NCBI GenBank assembly: GCA_040753015.1
Contig: JBFMHM010000001.1
Location: 339,157-403,156, forward strand
Reading direction: 5' to 3'
Origin: Candidatus Omnitrophota bacterium
GTDB taxonomy: Bacteria > Omnitrophota > Gorgyraeia > Gygaellales > JBFMHM01
Length of the DNA: 64,000 bases
Below are positions 19,266-28,994 of this stretch, piece by piece (the first letter of the stretch is position 1; the number at the start of each line of letters is the position of its first letter). The position numbers and the translations under genes are program-made. The notes under the pieces are model-generated. The model did no database searches. It was not told where the DNA came from and saw nothing but the letters and a program-made list of their open reading frames with translations.

Positions 19266-20149
19266 AATCTTTCGGCTACCCTCAATTTTGCACTGCGCGA
19301 TCTAGGGTTATTGACAACTTCACTGTATCCAGGAACAAGCGGTTTTTTTGTCAAAATATTAACTAAGCCCGAATGCATAAGGTTTTTAAAATTTACCTTT
19401 ACGATCCTATCTTCTAAAGAATGAAATGATATAACGCAAATTCTTGCGCCTGGATTGAGTAGATTGATCGCCTTTTTTAATACTTCATCCAGAGCCTCTA
19501 ATTCCCTATTCACAGCAATACGTATTGCCTGAAAAGTTCTTGTTGCTGGATGAAGCCGTGAATAACCGTGATAACCAACTGCTTTCTTGACAATTTCGGC
19601 AAGCTCAACTGTTGTATCAATTGATTTCTTCTGTCTTTCATAAACTAAATATTTTGCAATACGGTTGTGCCGTTTTTCCTCTCCATAAATTTTTAAAATA
19701 TTTGATAGCTCGCTCTCGTTAAGATTATTAACTAAATCAAATGCGCTGATAAAACAACGTTTATCCATACGCATATCAAGAGGCCCGTCTGATTTAAAAC
19801 TAAAACCTCTTTCATCGGTTTCTAATTGATAACTTGAAATACCTAGGTCAAAAATGATTCCATCAACTTTTGCTATATTTAAATTTTTTAAAATAATATC
19901 TAAATTTTTAAAATCATCGTTAATTAACACTGTATTTTTAAAACTTTCTAGATGATGCTTTGCAAGCATTAAAGATTCATTGTCTTTATCGATACCTATC
20001 AATGTTCCTGTTGGGCTAATTTTTTCAAGTATTCCTCTTGCATGGCCTCCTAAACCAATAGTTGCATCAATAATTACCTGGCCTGTTTTTAGATTTAAAA
20101 ATTTTATAATTTCTTCATACATTACTGGATTATGTTTTGCTTTAATCAT
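19262..20149 (-). CDS. rsmH: 16S rRNA (cytosine1402-N4)-methyltransferase
   Basis: 295 aa. SAM-methyltransferase motifs (IDATIGLGGH). Follows mraZ. Confidence 0.9.
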   Translation of the reverse strand: MIKAKHNPVMYEEIIKFLNLKTGQVIIDATIGLGGHARGILEKISPTGTLIGIDKDNESLMLAKHHLESFKNTVLINDDFKNLDIILKNLNIAKVDGIIFDLGISSYQLETDERGFSFKSDGPLDMRMDKRCFISAFDLVNNLNESELSNILKIYGEEKRHNRIAKYLVYERQKKSIDTTVELAEIVKKAVGYHGYSRLHPATRTFQAIRIAVNRELEALDEVLKKAINLLNPGARICVISFHSLEDRIVKVNFKNLMHSGLVNILTKKPLVPGYSEVVNNPRSRSAKLRVAERL

Positions 20150-20157
20150 CTATGGCG

Positions 20158-20592
20158 TCATTCAATTAATTTTTCGGCAATCTGTTCAAAAGAACTTTGT
20201 GTATTTTTATAAAATTCATTCCAAGATTCTTTCGACCAAAACTCAATACGGTTAGAAACACCAACAATAACAATCTCTTTTTTTATTAAAGCATAATCTT
20301 TTAAATATTGAGGAATTAATATACGGCCTTGCTTATCTGCAACCACTTCAATAGCGCCAGAAAAAAATAACCTATTAAATTGTCGCGATTCTGACTTTGT
20401 AAAAGGCAGGGTTTTGAACTTTTGTTCCTGGCTTAACCACTCATTTTCAGAGAACATAAATAGACATCTATCTAGCCCTCTAGTTACAAAAAACTTCTCA
20501 ACAAAATTACTTTTGGCAACTTCTCTAATTCTAGAAGGCAAGACTAATCGGCCTTTTCTATCTATTGAATGTGAATACTCCCCATAAAACAT
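20158..20592 (-). CDS. mraZ: Transcriptional regulator MraZ
   Basis: 144 aa. Duplicated MraZ half-domains. First gene of the dcw cluster. Confidence 0.85.
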   Translation of the reverse strand: MFYGEYSHSIDRKGRLVLPSRIREVAKSNFVEKFFVTRGLDRCLFMFSENEWLSQEQKFKTLPFTKSESRQFNRLFFSGAIEVVADKQGRILIPQYLKDYALIKKEIVIVGVSNRIEFWSKESWNEFYKNTQSSFEQIAEKLIE

Positions 20593-20595
20593 TAA

Positions 20596-20619
20596 CCACT
20601 TCCTCCCACTTTATACCAC
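20596..20619 (-). promoter_or_regulatory. Putative MraZ operator: three GTGG(G) direct repeats with 10-bp periodicity
   Basis: Minus-strand sequence aaGTGGtataaaGTGGGaggaaGTGGttaATG lies between the -10 element and the mraZ start. E. coli MraZ binds three similarly spaced TGGG repeats in its own promoter. Confidence 0.5.
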
Positions 20620-20628
20620 TTCAAAGAC

Positions 20629-20657
20629 AGTATAAAACATAATAATAAATAAGTCAA
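20629..20657 (-). promoter_or_regulatory. Sigma70-like promoter of the dcw cluster (Pmra)
   Basis: Minus-strand TTGACT, then a 17-nt spacer, then TATACT, about 35 nt upstream of the mraZ ATG. The RBS GGGAGGAAG follows. Confidence 0.55.
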
Positions 20658-20758
20658 ACGAAATTATGAAATATTCTAAGAAATAGATTGAATTTCAGCG
20701 AGGCTTAATATTGCAGCCATTTGGCTAATGAAAATTTCAGAACCTGGATTTATGGCTA

Positions 20759-21658
20759 TTAGTGGCTGTCCTTGGCAAGAAAATAATTACGGACTATTAT
20801 TTCGTCTTTTTTAAGCTGGTTTTTTAATGCGGCTATATCTTTAAATCTTTTCACCGGGCGGATTTTCTCAAAAAATAATAATTTAATATGACTGCCGTAT
20901 ATATTTTTTTTAAAATTAAATATATGTGCTTCAATAATCGGAAAAGAATCTCTATTAATATATGCCATGCCGAAAAATTTATCTTTTTTGAATATTACTT
21001 CTACTGCGTATATACCCGAAGGCGGAAGAACCTCATGAAAAGGAATAATATTTGCTGTAGGGTATCCTAACTTTCTGCCTAATGCCTTGCCTTCTGTAAC
21101 CTTCCCAATTATATACACAGGCCGTCCAAGGAATAAAGATGCTTTCTTTAAATCTCCTTTATTAATAAGATTTCGGATAGCGCTTGATGAAATATTCTGG
21201 TTATGCAATCTATAAATTCTAACTATCTCTAATTTTATAGCATTATTTTTACAAAAATTTTTAAGTAAATCTATATCTCCTTCTCTATCTTTGCCAAAAT
21301 GAAAATTCTCTCCAACAAAAATTTCAACTGGATTGATTTTTTTAACTACTAATTTAAAAAAATCTGAGGCGCTTAAACAAGCAAACTTTTGTGTGAATTT
21401 TTTAACTATGCAAAAATCAACGCCTAGATTAATAAAAAATTTAATACGTTCAAAAATAGGCATGATTGAATCTGCCTGCTTAGGATGAGGCCATAATGTA
21501 AAAATTATGCTCTTTGCATTAATTCGGCGGGCGCGAATAACCGCTTTTTTAATTAAGTATTGGTGGCCTAAATGCACGCCATCAAAAATCCCTAAAATTA
21601 AAATATTCCTGCCAAAATAGTCTTTTTTTATTTTAGAAAAATCTGATAGAACATTCAT
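20759..21658 (-). CDS. ribF: Bifunctional riboflavin kinase / FMN adenylyltransferase
   Basis: 299 aa. GIFDGVHLGHQYLI nucleotidyltransferase motif plus a C-terminal riboflavin kinase domain. Confidence 0.85.
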   Translation of the reverse strand: MNVLSDFSKIKKDYFGRNILILGIFDGVHLGHQYLIKKAVIRARRINAKSIIFTLWPHPKQADSIMPIFERIKFFINLGVDFCIVKKFTQKFACLSASDFFKLVVKKINPVEIFVGENFHFGKDREGDIDLLKNFCKNNAIKLEIVRIYRLHNQNISSSAIRNLINKGDLKKASLFLGRPVYIIGKVTEGKALGRKLGYPTANIIPFHEVLPPSGIYAVEVIFKKDKFFGMAYINRDSFPIIEAHIFNFKKNIYGSHIKLLFFEKIRPVKRFKDIAALKNQLKKDEIIVRNYFLAKDSH

Positions 21659-22623
21659 TTATTTTTTTTATAATAGCTTTTTTGAATTTTTTCTAAAACT
21701 AATCTTTCTACATCAGAAAGTGCCCCTTGAATAGTTGCGCCACTTGCAGTCTTATGGCCTCCGCCGCTAAAACTTGAGGCAATCTTATTTACATCTATTC
21801 TACCTCTAGAACGAAAATTTACCCTTATTAAACCAGGGGATGATTTCTCTCTAAAAACAATTGATACTTCAACACCTTTAATAGAACGAACGAAATTTAA
21901 TACCGTCTCAGTTAAATCAAATGATGTCCTTTTTCTTTGCAAAATATCGCGTTTAATGCTGACCCAGGCAATTTTACCGTCGGAACTCCTTTTTAATGTC
22001 ATCAATATATACGGAAATAATTTTACATCAGAATAAGGAAATGATTCATAAATTATTTGATAGATCTTATTCACTGGTAAGCGCCATTTTAAAAGATGTG
22101 CGATAATTTCGTGGGTACGGCTTGTTGTATTAGGATAACGAAATGACCCCGAATCAGTCATAATACCTGTATAAAGATTCAACGCTGTTGCCCGGTCAAT
22201 TTTAATTTTTGCATATTCGAAAATATCATAGATCATTTCACAAGTAGCAGCGTAACCAGGGTTGACCCAATTAATATCTCCAAAATTTGAATTACCCACA
22301 TGATGATCTATATTAATAATAAATCTATCCTTAATATTTTCTTTAATTTTACCAACCCTATCAATATCGGAACAATCGACCACTATAACTACATCAAAAT
22401 TATAATTTTTCTTTATAGATGTAATCTTTGAAGAACCTGGCAGGAACTTGTATTCTTGAGATACCGCATCTTCATTTATCACCATAACTTCTTTCTTAAA
22501 TAATCTTATTAACTTAGCTATTGCTAAAGAAGCGCCTAAAGCGTCGCCTTCCGGATTAGCATGAGAAACAACAAAAAATTTTTTTTCTTTTTTTATTACC
22601 TGTATAATATCATCGATTATCAT
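21655..22623 (-). CDS. nrnA: DHH-DHHA1 phosphoesterase (NrnA-like oligoribonuclease / pAp phosphatase)
   Basis: 322 aa. HANPEGDALGASLA and DHH motifs, with a GGGH motif in the DHHA1 part. Confidence 0.7.
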   Translation of the reverse strand: MIIDDIIQVIKKEKKFFVVSHANPEGDALGASLAIAKLIRLFKKEVMVINEDAVSQEYKFLPGSSKITSIKKNYNFDVVIVVDCSDIDRVGKIKENIKDRFIINIDHHVGNSNFGDINWVNPGYAATCEMIYDIFEYAKIKIDRATALNLYTGIMTDSGSFRYPNTTSRTHEIIAHLLKWRLPVNKIYQIIYESFPYSDVKLFPYILMTLKRSSDGKIAWVSIKRDILQRKRTSFDLTETVLNFVRSIKGVEVSIVFREKSSPGLIRVNFRSRGRIDVNKIASSFSGGGHKTASGATIQGALSDVERLVLEKIQKSYYKKNK

Positions 22624-22967
22624 ATTTTATCTTCTTTGGATTTGAGTTTGTTCAACTCTTCTTGTATGTAAATACTGTATTCACTTGACCTATCTAATTT
22701 AAAAATAAGCTCTGGCACTGTTCTTAGTTTAATTTTATGCGCAAGACTATATCTAATAAAACCCTTTGCCTTTTCTAGGGCTTTCATTCCTTTTGCTACT
22801 TCAGAATCTTTGCCTAAAATACTGTAAAAAACTTTCAAGACTTTTAAATCAGCCGAAAGCTCAACTCTTATTATAGTGATAAAACCAACTTTAGGATCTT
22901 TTACCTCATCATGGATAATATTTGAAATTTCTTTTTTCAATTGATGCTCTAATCTTTCATGCCGCAT
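22620..22967 (-). CDS. rbfA: Ribosome-binding factor A
   Basis: 115 aa, KH-like, RbfA signature region. Confidence 0.8.
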   Translation of the reverse strand: MRHERLEHQLKKEISNIIHDEVKDPKVGFITIIRVELSADLKVLKVFYSILGKDSEVAKGMKALEKAKGFIRYSLAHKIKLRTVPELIFKLDRSSEYSIYIQEELNKLKSKEDKI

Positions 22968-22987
22968 AATATACCACCTCTGTGTAG

Positions 22988-24298
22988 TTATGTCTTACGA
23001 TTTTTATTTATATATTTTCTGGCGCAGGCTTTAAGATATTCCATTTCATCTAAGTTAGATAATAACCTGCCATCAATCTTAGCATATAATGTTTTTTTCA
23101 ATATATCTTTAAAGTATGGGCCGGGTTTAAACCCAAGGTTAGATATATCCTTACCGTTTACAGATAACCTTTGGCCATTATAAATATTAAAAAAATTATG
23201 AATATGACTGGCAATAATTTTATTCTTTTTTATATGATGATGTGCGAGTGTTTTTGCCCTTATCATAATAGTTAATTCGTATGATAATGGCTCAAGTATT
23301 TTATAAATATCACTAGGATTAAGGGTTCTCTTAGACAATCTAGCAATAAGTTTATCCACATTGGATTTATAATCGCGTATCCTTTTTGACTCTCCCCTCC
23401 TAAAACAGAAATTTCTTAATATATGGCTTATGTCATCATTAGACAATTTATCGAGTAAGGCAATAAAATATAGCAGCCATGAATCTAATGCTCTCTTCTT
23501 TGGAAAATTTATATTAAACCAACTGATTTGTTTAGATACAGCTTCTAATAATTTATAGTCAACTTCTATACGGGGATGAATAAAATTAAAATCAATAAGA
23601 TCATCTATTCTTTTAATACAAGCAACAGGATTTTTTTCTTTTAAAAGTAAAATAATTTCATCACGGATTCTTTGTTTTTCAACCTTTTCAAGCAAATTCA
23701 ATCTAAAAGATTTCTTTAATAGCCTTAACGTGTCTGGTTCGATTTTAAAATTAAATCTAGTCTCAAAACGAATTGCCCTTAAGATTCTTGTCGGGTCATC
23801 AATAAAACTTAATTCATGCAAAATTCTAATATTTTTCTTTTTTAAATCTGCCAAACCATTAAAATAATCTATTAAAGTCCCAAAATCATCCTTATTAATA
23901 GAAAATGCTAAGGTATTAATTGTGAAATCTCTTCTTTTTAAATCTTCGAATATTGTAGATGGCTCAATAATAGGCAAGGCTGCCGGATGCTCATAGATCT
24001 CTTTCCTTGCAGTTGCTATATCAAGTTTGTGCTTCTCGAAAGTGCATATTGTCGCGGTTTTAAAACGATGGTGACAAATTAAATGAGTTCCTAATTCTTC
24101 TACCAATTCTTTGGCAAATTCAACTGCATTATCCTCGAGCACGATATCAAGATCGAGATTGGCTATACCCAGGTATAAATCCCTAACAAATCCGCCTACA
24201 ACAAAACCCCTAACCCTTCCTCTATCGCAAGCCTTACCTATTCTATAAATCAAATCAAGGATATCTTTTGGCAACTTATTTAAATTTTTCACATGCAT
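22988..24298 (-). CDS. cca: tRNA nucleotidyltransferase (CCA-adding) / poly(A) polymerase family
   Basis: 436 aa. Pol-beta-like head motif GGFVRDLYLG..DLD. Confidence 0.7.
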   Translation of the reverse strand: MHVKNLNKLPKDILDLIYRIGKACDRGRVRGFVVGGFVRDLYLGIANLDLDIVLEDNAVEFAKELVEELGTHLICHHRFKTATICTFEKHKLDIATARKEIYEHPAALPIIEPSTIFEDLKRRDFTINTLAFSINKDDFGTLIDYFNGLADLKKKNIRILHELSFIDDPTRILRAIRFETRFNFKIEPDTLRLLKKSFRLNLLEKVEKQRIRDEIILLLKEKNPVACIKRIDDLIDFNFIHPRIEVDYKLLEAVSKQISWFNINFPKKRALDSWLLYFIALLDKLSNDDISHILRNFCFRRGESKRIRDYKSNVDKLIARLSKRTLNPSDIYKILEPLSYELTIMIRAKTLAHHHIKKNKIIASHIHNFFNIYNGQRLSVNGKDISNLGFKPGPYFKDILKKTLYAKIDGRLLSNLDEMEYLKACARKYINKNRKT

Positions 24299-24301
24299 TT
24301 C

Positions 24302-25186
24302 TTAAGGCCTTGGGTGGAATTTCTGATGAATTAATTTTAATCTATCCTTATCAACATGGGTATAAATTTGAGTTGTTGAAATACTAGCATGCCCAAGCAT
24401 CTCCTGGACAGAACGCAGATCTGCACCATGCTCTAAAAGATGCGTCGCAAAAGAATGCCGAAGGGAATGAGGCTTTATCTCTTTTTTAATATGCGCATCT
24501 CTAACATAACGTTTAATTATTTTCCACAATGACTGCCGTGATATTTTTTTATTTAGGCGGCTTAGAAATAAATACGATTCCCCGCTCAAACCGGAATTTT
24601 TCTTGCTTTTTTCAATATAACGGTTAATAGCTGAAATTGCTTTTTTACCTATAGGAATAACTCTCTCTTTATTGCCTTTTCCGATACAACGGATAAAACC
24701 AATATCAAAATTTATATTGTCTTTTTTTAAATTTGCTACTTCGCTAACCCGCATTCCCGTTGCATACATTAATTCTAAAATAGCACGGTCTCTTATGCCT
24801 TGAATTGAATTTAGTTTCGGCGCCTCAATTAACGAAGCAACTTCTTGTTCGGATAGTGTATCAGGAAGGCGCTTCCATAGCTTCGGTGAATCTATAAAAT
24901 TAGACGGATCACTTATTGCAAGATGCTCTCTTACTAGAAACCGATAAAATACTTTTATTGCCACAAGTCTTCTTGAGATAGAATTTGCCGAAATACCTTT
25001 TTCTTTTTCAGAAAACATGAAATCGGAGATATCTCTTCGGGATACATTATTGAAAGAGTTTATCTTTATTGATTTAAGGAAATTAGAAAATTTATTTAAA
25101 TCCCGGCGGTAAGAAACTATCGTGTTGCTTGACAAGCCCCGCTCAACTGAAAGATGGTTAAGAAAAGACTCAACTAAATCTAGCAT
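24302..25186 (-). CDS. Tyrosine recombinase XerC/XerD family
   Basis: 294 aa. Catalytic R...HxxR...Y signature (HSLRHSFATHLL...LGHASISTTQIYTHV). Confidence 0.75.
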   Translation of the reverse strand: MLDLVESFLNHLSVERGLSSNTIVSYRRDLNKFSNFLKSIKINSFNNVSRRDISDFMFSEKEKGISANSISRRLVAIKVFYRFLVREHLAISDPSNFIDSPKLWKRLPDTLSEQEVASLIEAPKLNSIQGIRDRAILELMYATGMRVSEVANLKKDNINFDIGFIRCIGKGNKERVIPIGKKAISAINRYIEKSKKNSGLSGESYLFLSRLNKKISRQSLWKIIKRYVRDAHIKKEIKPHSLRHSFATHLLEHGADLRSVQEMLGHASISTTQIYTHVDKDRLKLIHQKFHPRP

Positions 25187-25187
25187 T

Positions 25188-26135
25188 TTATTGAAGAAAT
25201 GTATCTAAATATGCTTTAGCTGAATTAGCCGCAATAGCGCCTTCAGCACATGCAGTTATCACTTGTTTAAAATTATTTTTACGGCAATCACCGCTTGCAA
25301 ATACGCCAGAAATATTTGTTTGGAAATTATCATCTGTTAGAATAAAACCATTGCTGTCAACTTTAACTATATCGCTTACAAAGTTAGTATTAGGAATTAA
25401 CCCTATGGCTATAAATACTGCATCGCACTTTAAGGTTTTAATCTGTTGGTCTATGACGTTCTCTAAAACTAGTTGCTCGAGCTTATTTGTGCCTTGAATT
25501 TCTATAATATTTGTATTATAGATAACTTCGATTTTTTTATCAGCCAATACTCTATCTTGAATAACCTTTACAGCCCTAAATTTATCGCGGCGGTGGATAA
25601 GATATACCTTATCAGCAAGCTTTGATAAATATAACGCCTCTTCAAGCGCACGATCACCCCCGCCAACTACTGCAGTTATTTTTTTTCTAAATAATGCACC
25701 GTCGCAAACTGCACAATAAGATACGCCCTTTCTAGCTAATTCTTTTTCTCCTTTTACGCCGATCGCCTTTGGGACTGCCCCGGTTGCAATAATTAAACTT
25801 TTTGTGCGATATTCTGAATTATTTGTTTTAATAACTTTATATTCACTATCACAAACAATATGAACAATTTCTTCTTGCTTTATTTCTACGGCAACATCTT
25901 TTACCTGGCGCGTGATATTTTCAATCAAGGTATACGTTTGAATCCCACCCGCAAAACCAGGAAAATTTTCAATTGAGTCCGTAAGAAGAACCTGGCCTCC
26001 GTTAAAAGATTTCTCTAGGATAATTGATTTTATCCCGGCACGTCCTGCGTAAAGGCCAGATGTTAAACCACTTGGCCCGGCGCCAGCTATAATTAATTCA
26101 TAGTCTTTTTGCATCATTATAATTTTGGGGGGCAA
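25188..26135 (-). CDS. trxB: Thioredoxin-disulfide reductase
   Basis: 315 aa. FAD motif GAGPSG and redox-active CAVCDG. Confidence 0.9.
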   Translation of the reverse strand: MPPKIIMMQKDYELIIAGAGPSGLTSGLYAGRAGIKSIILEKSFNGGQVLLTDSIENFPGFAGGIQTYTLIENITRQVKDVAVEIKQEEIVHIVCDSEYKVIKTNNSEYRTKSLIIATGAVPKAIGVKGEKELARKGVSYCAVCDGALFRKKITAVVGGGDRALEEALYLSKLADKVYLIHRRDKFRAVKVIQDRVLADKKIEVIYNTNIIEIQGTNKLEQLVLENVIDQQIKTLKCDAVFIAIGLIPNTNFVSDIVKVDSNGFILTDDNFQTNISGVFASGDCRKNNFKQVITACAEGAIAANSAKAYLDTFLQ

Positions 26136-26653
26136 CTCTTAGTAAGGCCACAAGCATATTGCCTTTTAAGTGACTGTAAAATTTCAAAAATGCGAATTCT
26201 TTCTCTAAAAGAAGCGTAATCAATAATCAATTTACCAATTAAATGGTCAATTTCATGCTGTAATATATGGGATAATAAGCCATCGGCTTCTATTTTTATA
26301 GATCGGCTAAAGTGGTCAAGGCCCTCAACAATAACCTTTTTTGCCCTTTTGACTTTAATTGTAACGCCGGGGATACTTAAACAACCCTCTTCTAAAATAG
26401 AAGCCCCCTTCTTCTCAATTATTTTTGGATTTGCTATCTTAAAAATATCTGTACCATTACTAGCGACAATCATTTGAATATTTCTGCCAATCTGCGGTGC
26501 GGCTAAGCCAACACCTTGATTTTGTTCCATAATAAGCGCCATAGAATCAAAAAATTCCTGTTCTTTTTCACCTATAGTATCTAATTTAATCGATTTTTTT
26601 CTTAAGACTGAATCCGGGTAGATTTTAATTTTTTCTTCTATTATTCTCATCAA
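26117..26653 (-). CDS. def: Peptide deformylase
   Basis: 178 aa. [15 protein letters not shown] and HEIDHL motifs. Confidence 0.85.
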   Translation of the reverse strand: MMRIIEEKIKIYPDSVLRKKSIKLDTIGEKEQEFFDSMALIMEQNQGVGLAAPQIGRNIQMIVASNGTDIFKIANPKIIEKKGASILEEGCLSIPGVTIKVKRAKKVIVEGLDHFSRSIKIEADGLLSHILQHEIDHLIGKLIIDYASFRERIRIFEILQSLKRQYACGLTKSCPPKL

Positions 26654-26975
26654 CGCAAACCTTTTTAAATTTTACTTTTTTCAAATCTTTATCTTGGCAT
26701 AAAACATAACTTAAAATTATAATCTCATCTTGGACATGGGCAAAACGTGCCGCCGGGCCGTTTAAACAAATTATCCCAGACCCTTTCTTACCTTCAATGG
26801 CATAAGTTTCAATCCGTTGGCCATTATTTAGATTTAATACTTCAACCTTTTCATATTCAATTATGTCTGCGGCTTTCATCAAGTCGCTATCTATTGTAAT
26901 ACTCCCTTCATAATATAAATTTGCCTCGGTCACCTTCACCCGGTTAATCTTACTTTTTAGTATTGTTCTAAGCAT
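26625..26975 (-). CDS. panD: Aspartate 1-decarboxylase
   Basis: 116 aa. [29 protein letters not shown] matches the PanD N-terminus, including the processing serine. Confidence 0.85.
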   Translation of the reverse strand: MLRTILKSKINRVKVTEANLYYEGSITIDSDLMKAADIIEYEKVEVLNLNNGQRIETYAIEGKKGSGIICLNGPAARFAHVQDEIIILSYVLCQDKDLKKVKFKKVCVDENNRRKN

Positions 26976-26980
26976 TTATC

Positions 26981-28051
26981 TTAATCCTCTCGTTTGTTAT
27001 TAGTAACTACCTTATACGATTCAAATGCAATCATCAACTCTTCGTTTGTAGGAATAACTAAAACCTTCGGCTTTATTTTAAAATTAGTAAATAAATTTTG
27101 ACATACGTTATCTCTTATATCTTTCTGATTTTCTCCGATTCCTGCAGTAAAAACTAGAATATCAATCTTACCTAAAATCGCAATATAACTACCAATATAT
27201 TTTTTTATACGATATACAAAAATATCTAAGGCAAGGCGAGCCCGTTTATTGCCCTTTCTTGCCGCACTTTCAATTTTGCGCATATCATTAGACACGCCAG
27301 ACACCCCTAAAAGCCCGCTATGTTTATTTAAAATAGTATCAATATCTTGGGGAGAATATTTTTTTTCTAAAATGAGGTAAGTTATTATTGCTGGGTCTAA
27401 ATCTCCTGAGCGCGTGCCCATAACTAAACCTTCTAAAGGCGTAAATCCCATGCTTGTATCTATAGATTTTCCTTTTCTTATCGCAGTAACACTGCAACCA
27501 TTACCTAAATGACAAGTAATAAGATTAATTTTTTTAAGCGGCTTTTTTATCTTTTTCGCTGCTTCTATAGCCACATATTTATGGCTTGTACCATGAAATC
27601 CATATTTTCTAATTCCGAAATTCTGATAAAATTCAAAAGGTAAAGCATAAATATAACCCTCTTGAGGGATACTTTGATGGAATGCCGTATCAAAAACTGC
27701 TACTTGCGGGATATCTGGCAACAATTCTTTACAGGCATAAATACCCTCCAAGTTTGGCGGGTTATGTAATGGTGCAAGCTGGCAGCATTCCTTAATTTTT
27801 GCGATTACTTTATCATCAATTAAAATTGCCTCTCTAAACGCCTCCCCGCCATGTACAACACGATGACCTACGCAAGAAAAATCCTTTATTTTTTTTAAAA
27901 TTATTTTAAGCCCGCTATGATGATTACAAATAGCCGAACCTTCCTCACCGATTTTTTCAATTACACCTTTAGCCAGCACTTTATTCTCGGGTAGCTGGAT
28001 TAACTGATATTTTATAGATGAACTGCCCGAATTTATAACTAGAATTCTCAT
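26981..28051 (-). CDS. Acetate/butyrate kinase family
   Basis: 356 aa. ILVINSGSSSIKY N-terminus and VHGG motif. At this length it is closer to butyrate kinase than to AckA. Confidence 0.7.
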   Translation of the reverse strand: MRILVINSGSSSIKYQLIQLPENKVLAKGVIEKIGEEGSAICNHHSGLKIILKKIKDFSCVGHRVVHGGEAFREAILIDDKVIAKIKECCQLAPLHNPPNLEGIYACKELLPDIPQVAVFDTAFHQSIPQEGYIYALPFEFYQNFGIRKYGFHGTSHKYVAIEAAKKIKKPLKKINLITCHLGNGCSVTAIRKGKSIDTSMGFTPLEGLVMGTRSGDLDPAIITYLILEKKYSPQDIDTILNKHSGLLGVSGVSNDMRKIESAARKGNKRARLALDIFVYRIKKYIGSYIAILGKIDILVFTAGIGENQKDIRDNVCQNLFTNFKIKPKVLVIPTNEELMIAFESYKVVTNNKRED

Positions 28052-28058
28052 ATATTTA

Positions 28059-28994
28059 TTATTTTTGCGCCCTAATAACAGTTACTGCCGTACAATCAAC
28101 AATATCCTCTACAGAACACCCTCTAGATAAATCGCTGCAAGGATAATTTAATCCCAGCAAAATTGGCCCTATGGCCCGCGCCTTTGCCAAACGCTCGACT
28201 AATTTATACCCAATGTTACCTGCCTCCAAATTCGGAAAAATTAGAATATTTGCTCTTCCTGCCAATTTACTATCAGGATCTTTTATTTTTGAAACCTCGG
28301 GAACAATCGCGCTATCTACCTGAAGCTCTCCATCAACACATAAATCCGGCTTGATTTCCTTAACTAATTTAACTGCATTACGTATTTCTTCAACAAATCT
28401 ACCTTGCGCAGAACCTTTCGTAGAATAACTTAACATCGCAACTTTTGGTAATATCTCCAAAACTTTTTGTGCTAATTCGGCGGTCGTAATTGCAATATAT
28501 GCAAGCTGACGAGCGGTTGGATCAGGAATTATACCACAATCAGCAAAAATAAATAACCCATCTTCTCCAAACTGGCAATTTGGTACAACCATAATAAAAA
28601 CACTAGAGACTGTGTTAATTGTAGGATCCGGCTCGAGGCAATGAATTGCTGCGCGCGCAACATCAGAAGTAGTATTTGCCGCACCTGCCACAAAACCATC
28701 TGCCTGTTTATGCCTCACCATCATTGCCGCATAAAATAAAGGGTTGCGTATAATTTTTTCTGCTTCTTCATAAGTAATGCCCTTATACTGGCGCATATTA
28801 AAATATTCATCGCTAAACGCCTTAACCTTTTTTTCATCAAGATCATTACGCCCTAAAAAAACCACTTTTGCAATTTGCTCCTGTTCAATAATTTTAACCG
28901 CTTCTTGCATACGAACATCTTCTTTCTCCGGTAGAATAATAACTTTTGGGTCTTTTTTTGCTTTCTCTCTTAACGCTCTAACTGCATCCATCAA
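28059..28994 (-). CDS. Phosphate acetyl/butyryltransferase (PTA_PTB catalytic domain only)
   Basis: 311 aa PTA_PTB fold. Adjacent to the kinase gene. Confidence 0.75.
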   Translation of the reverse strand: MMDAVRALREKAKKDPKVIILPEKEDVRMQEAVKIIEQEQIAKVVFLGRNDLDEKKVKAFSDEYFNMRQYKGITYEEAEKIIRNPLFYAAMMVRHKQADGFVAGAANTTSDVARAAIHCLEPDPTINTVSSVFIMVVPNCQFGEDGLFIFADCGIIPDPTARQLAYIAITTAELAQKVLEILPKVAMLSYSTKGSAQGRFVEEIRNAVKLVKEIKPDLCVDGELQVDSAIVPEVSKIKDPDSKLAGRANILIFPNLEAGNIGYKLVERLAKARAIGPILLGLNYPCSDLSRGCSVEDIVDCTAVTVIRAQK

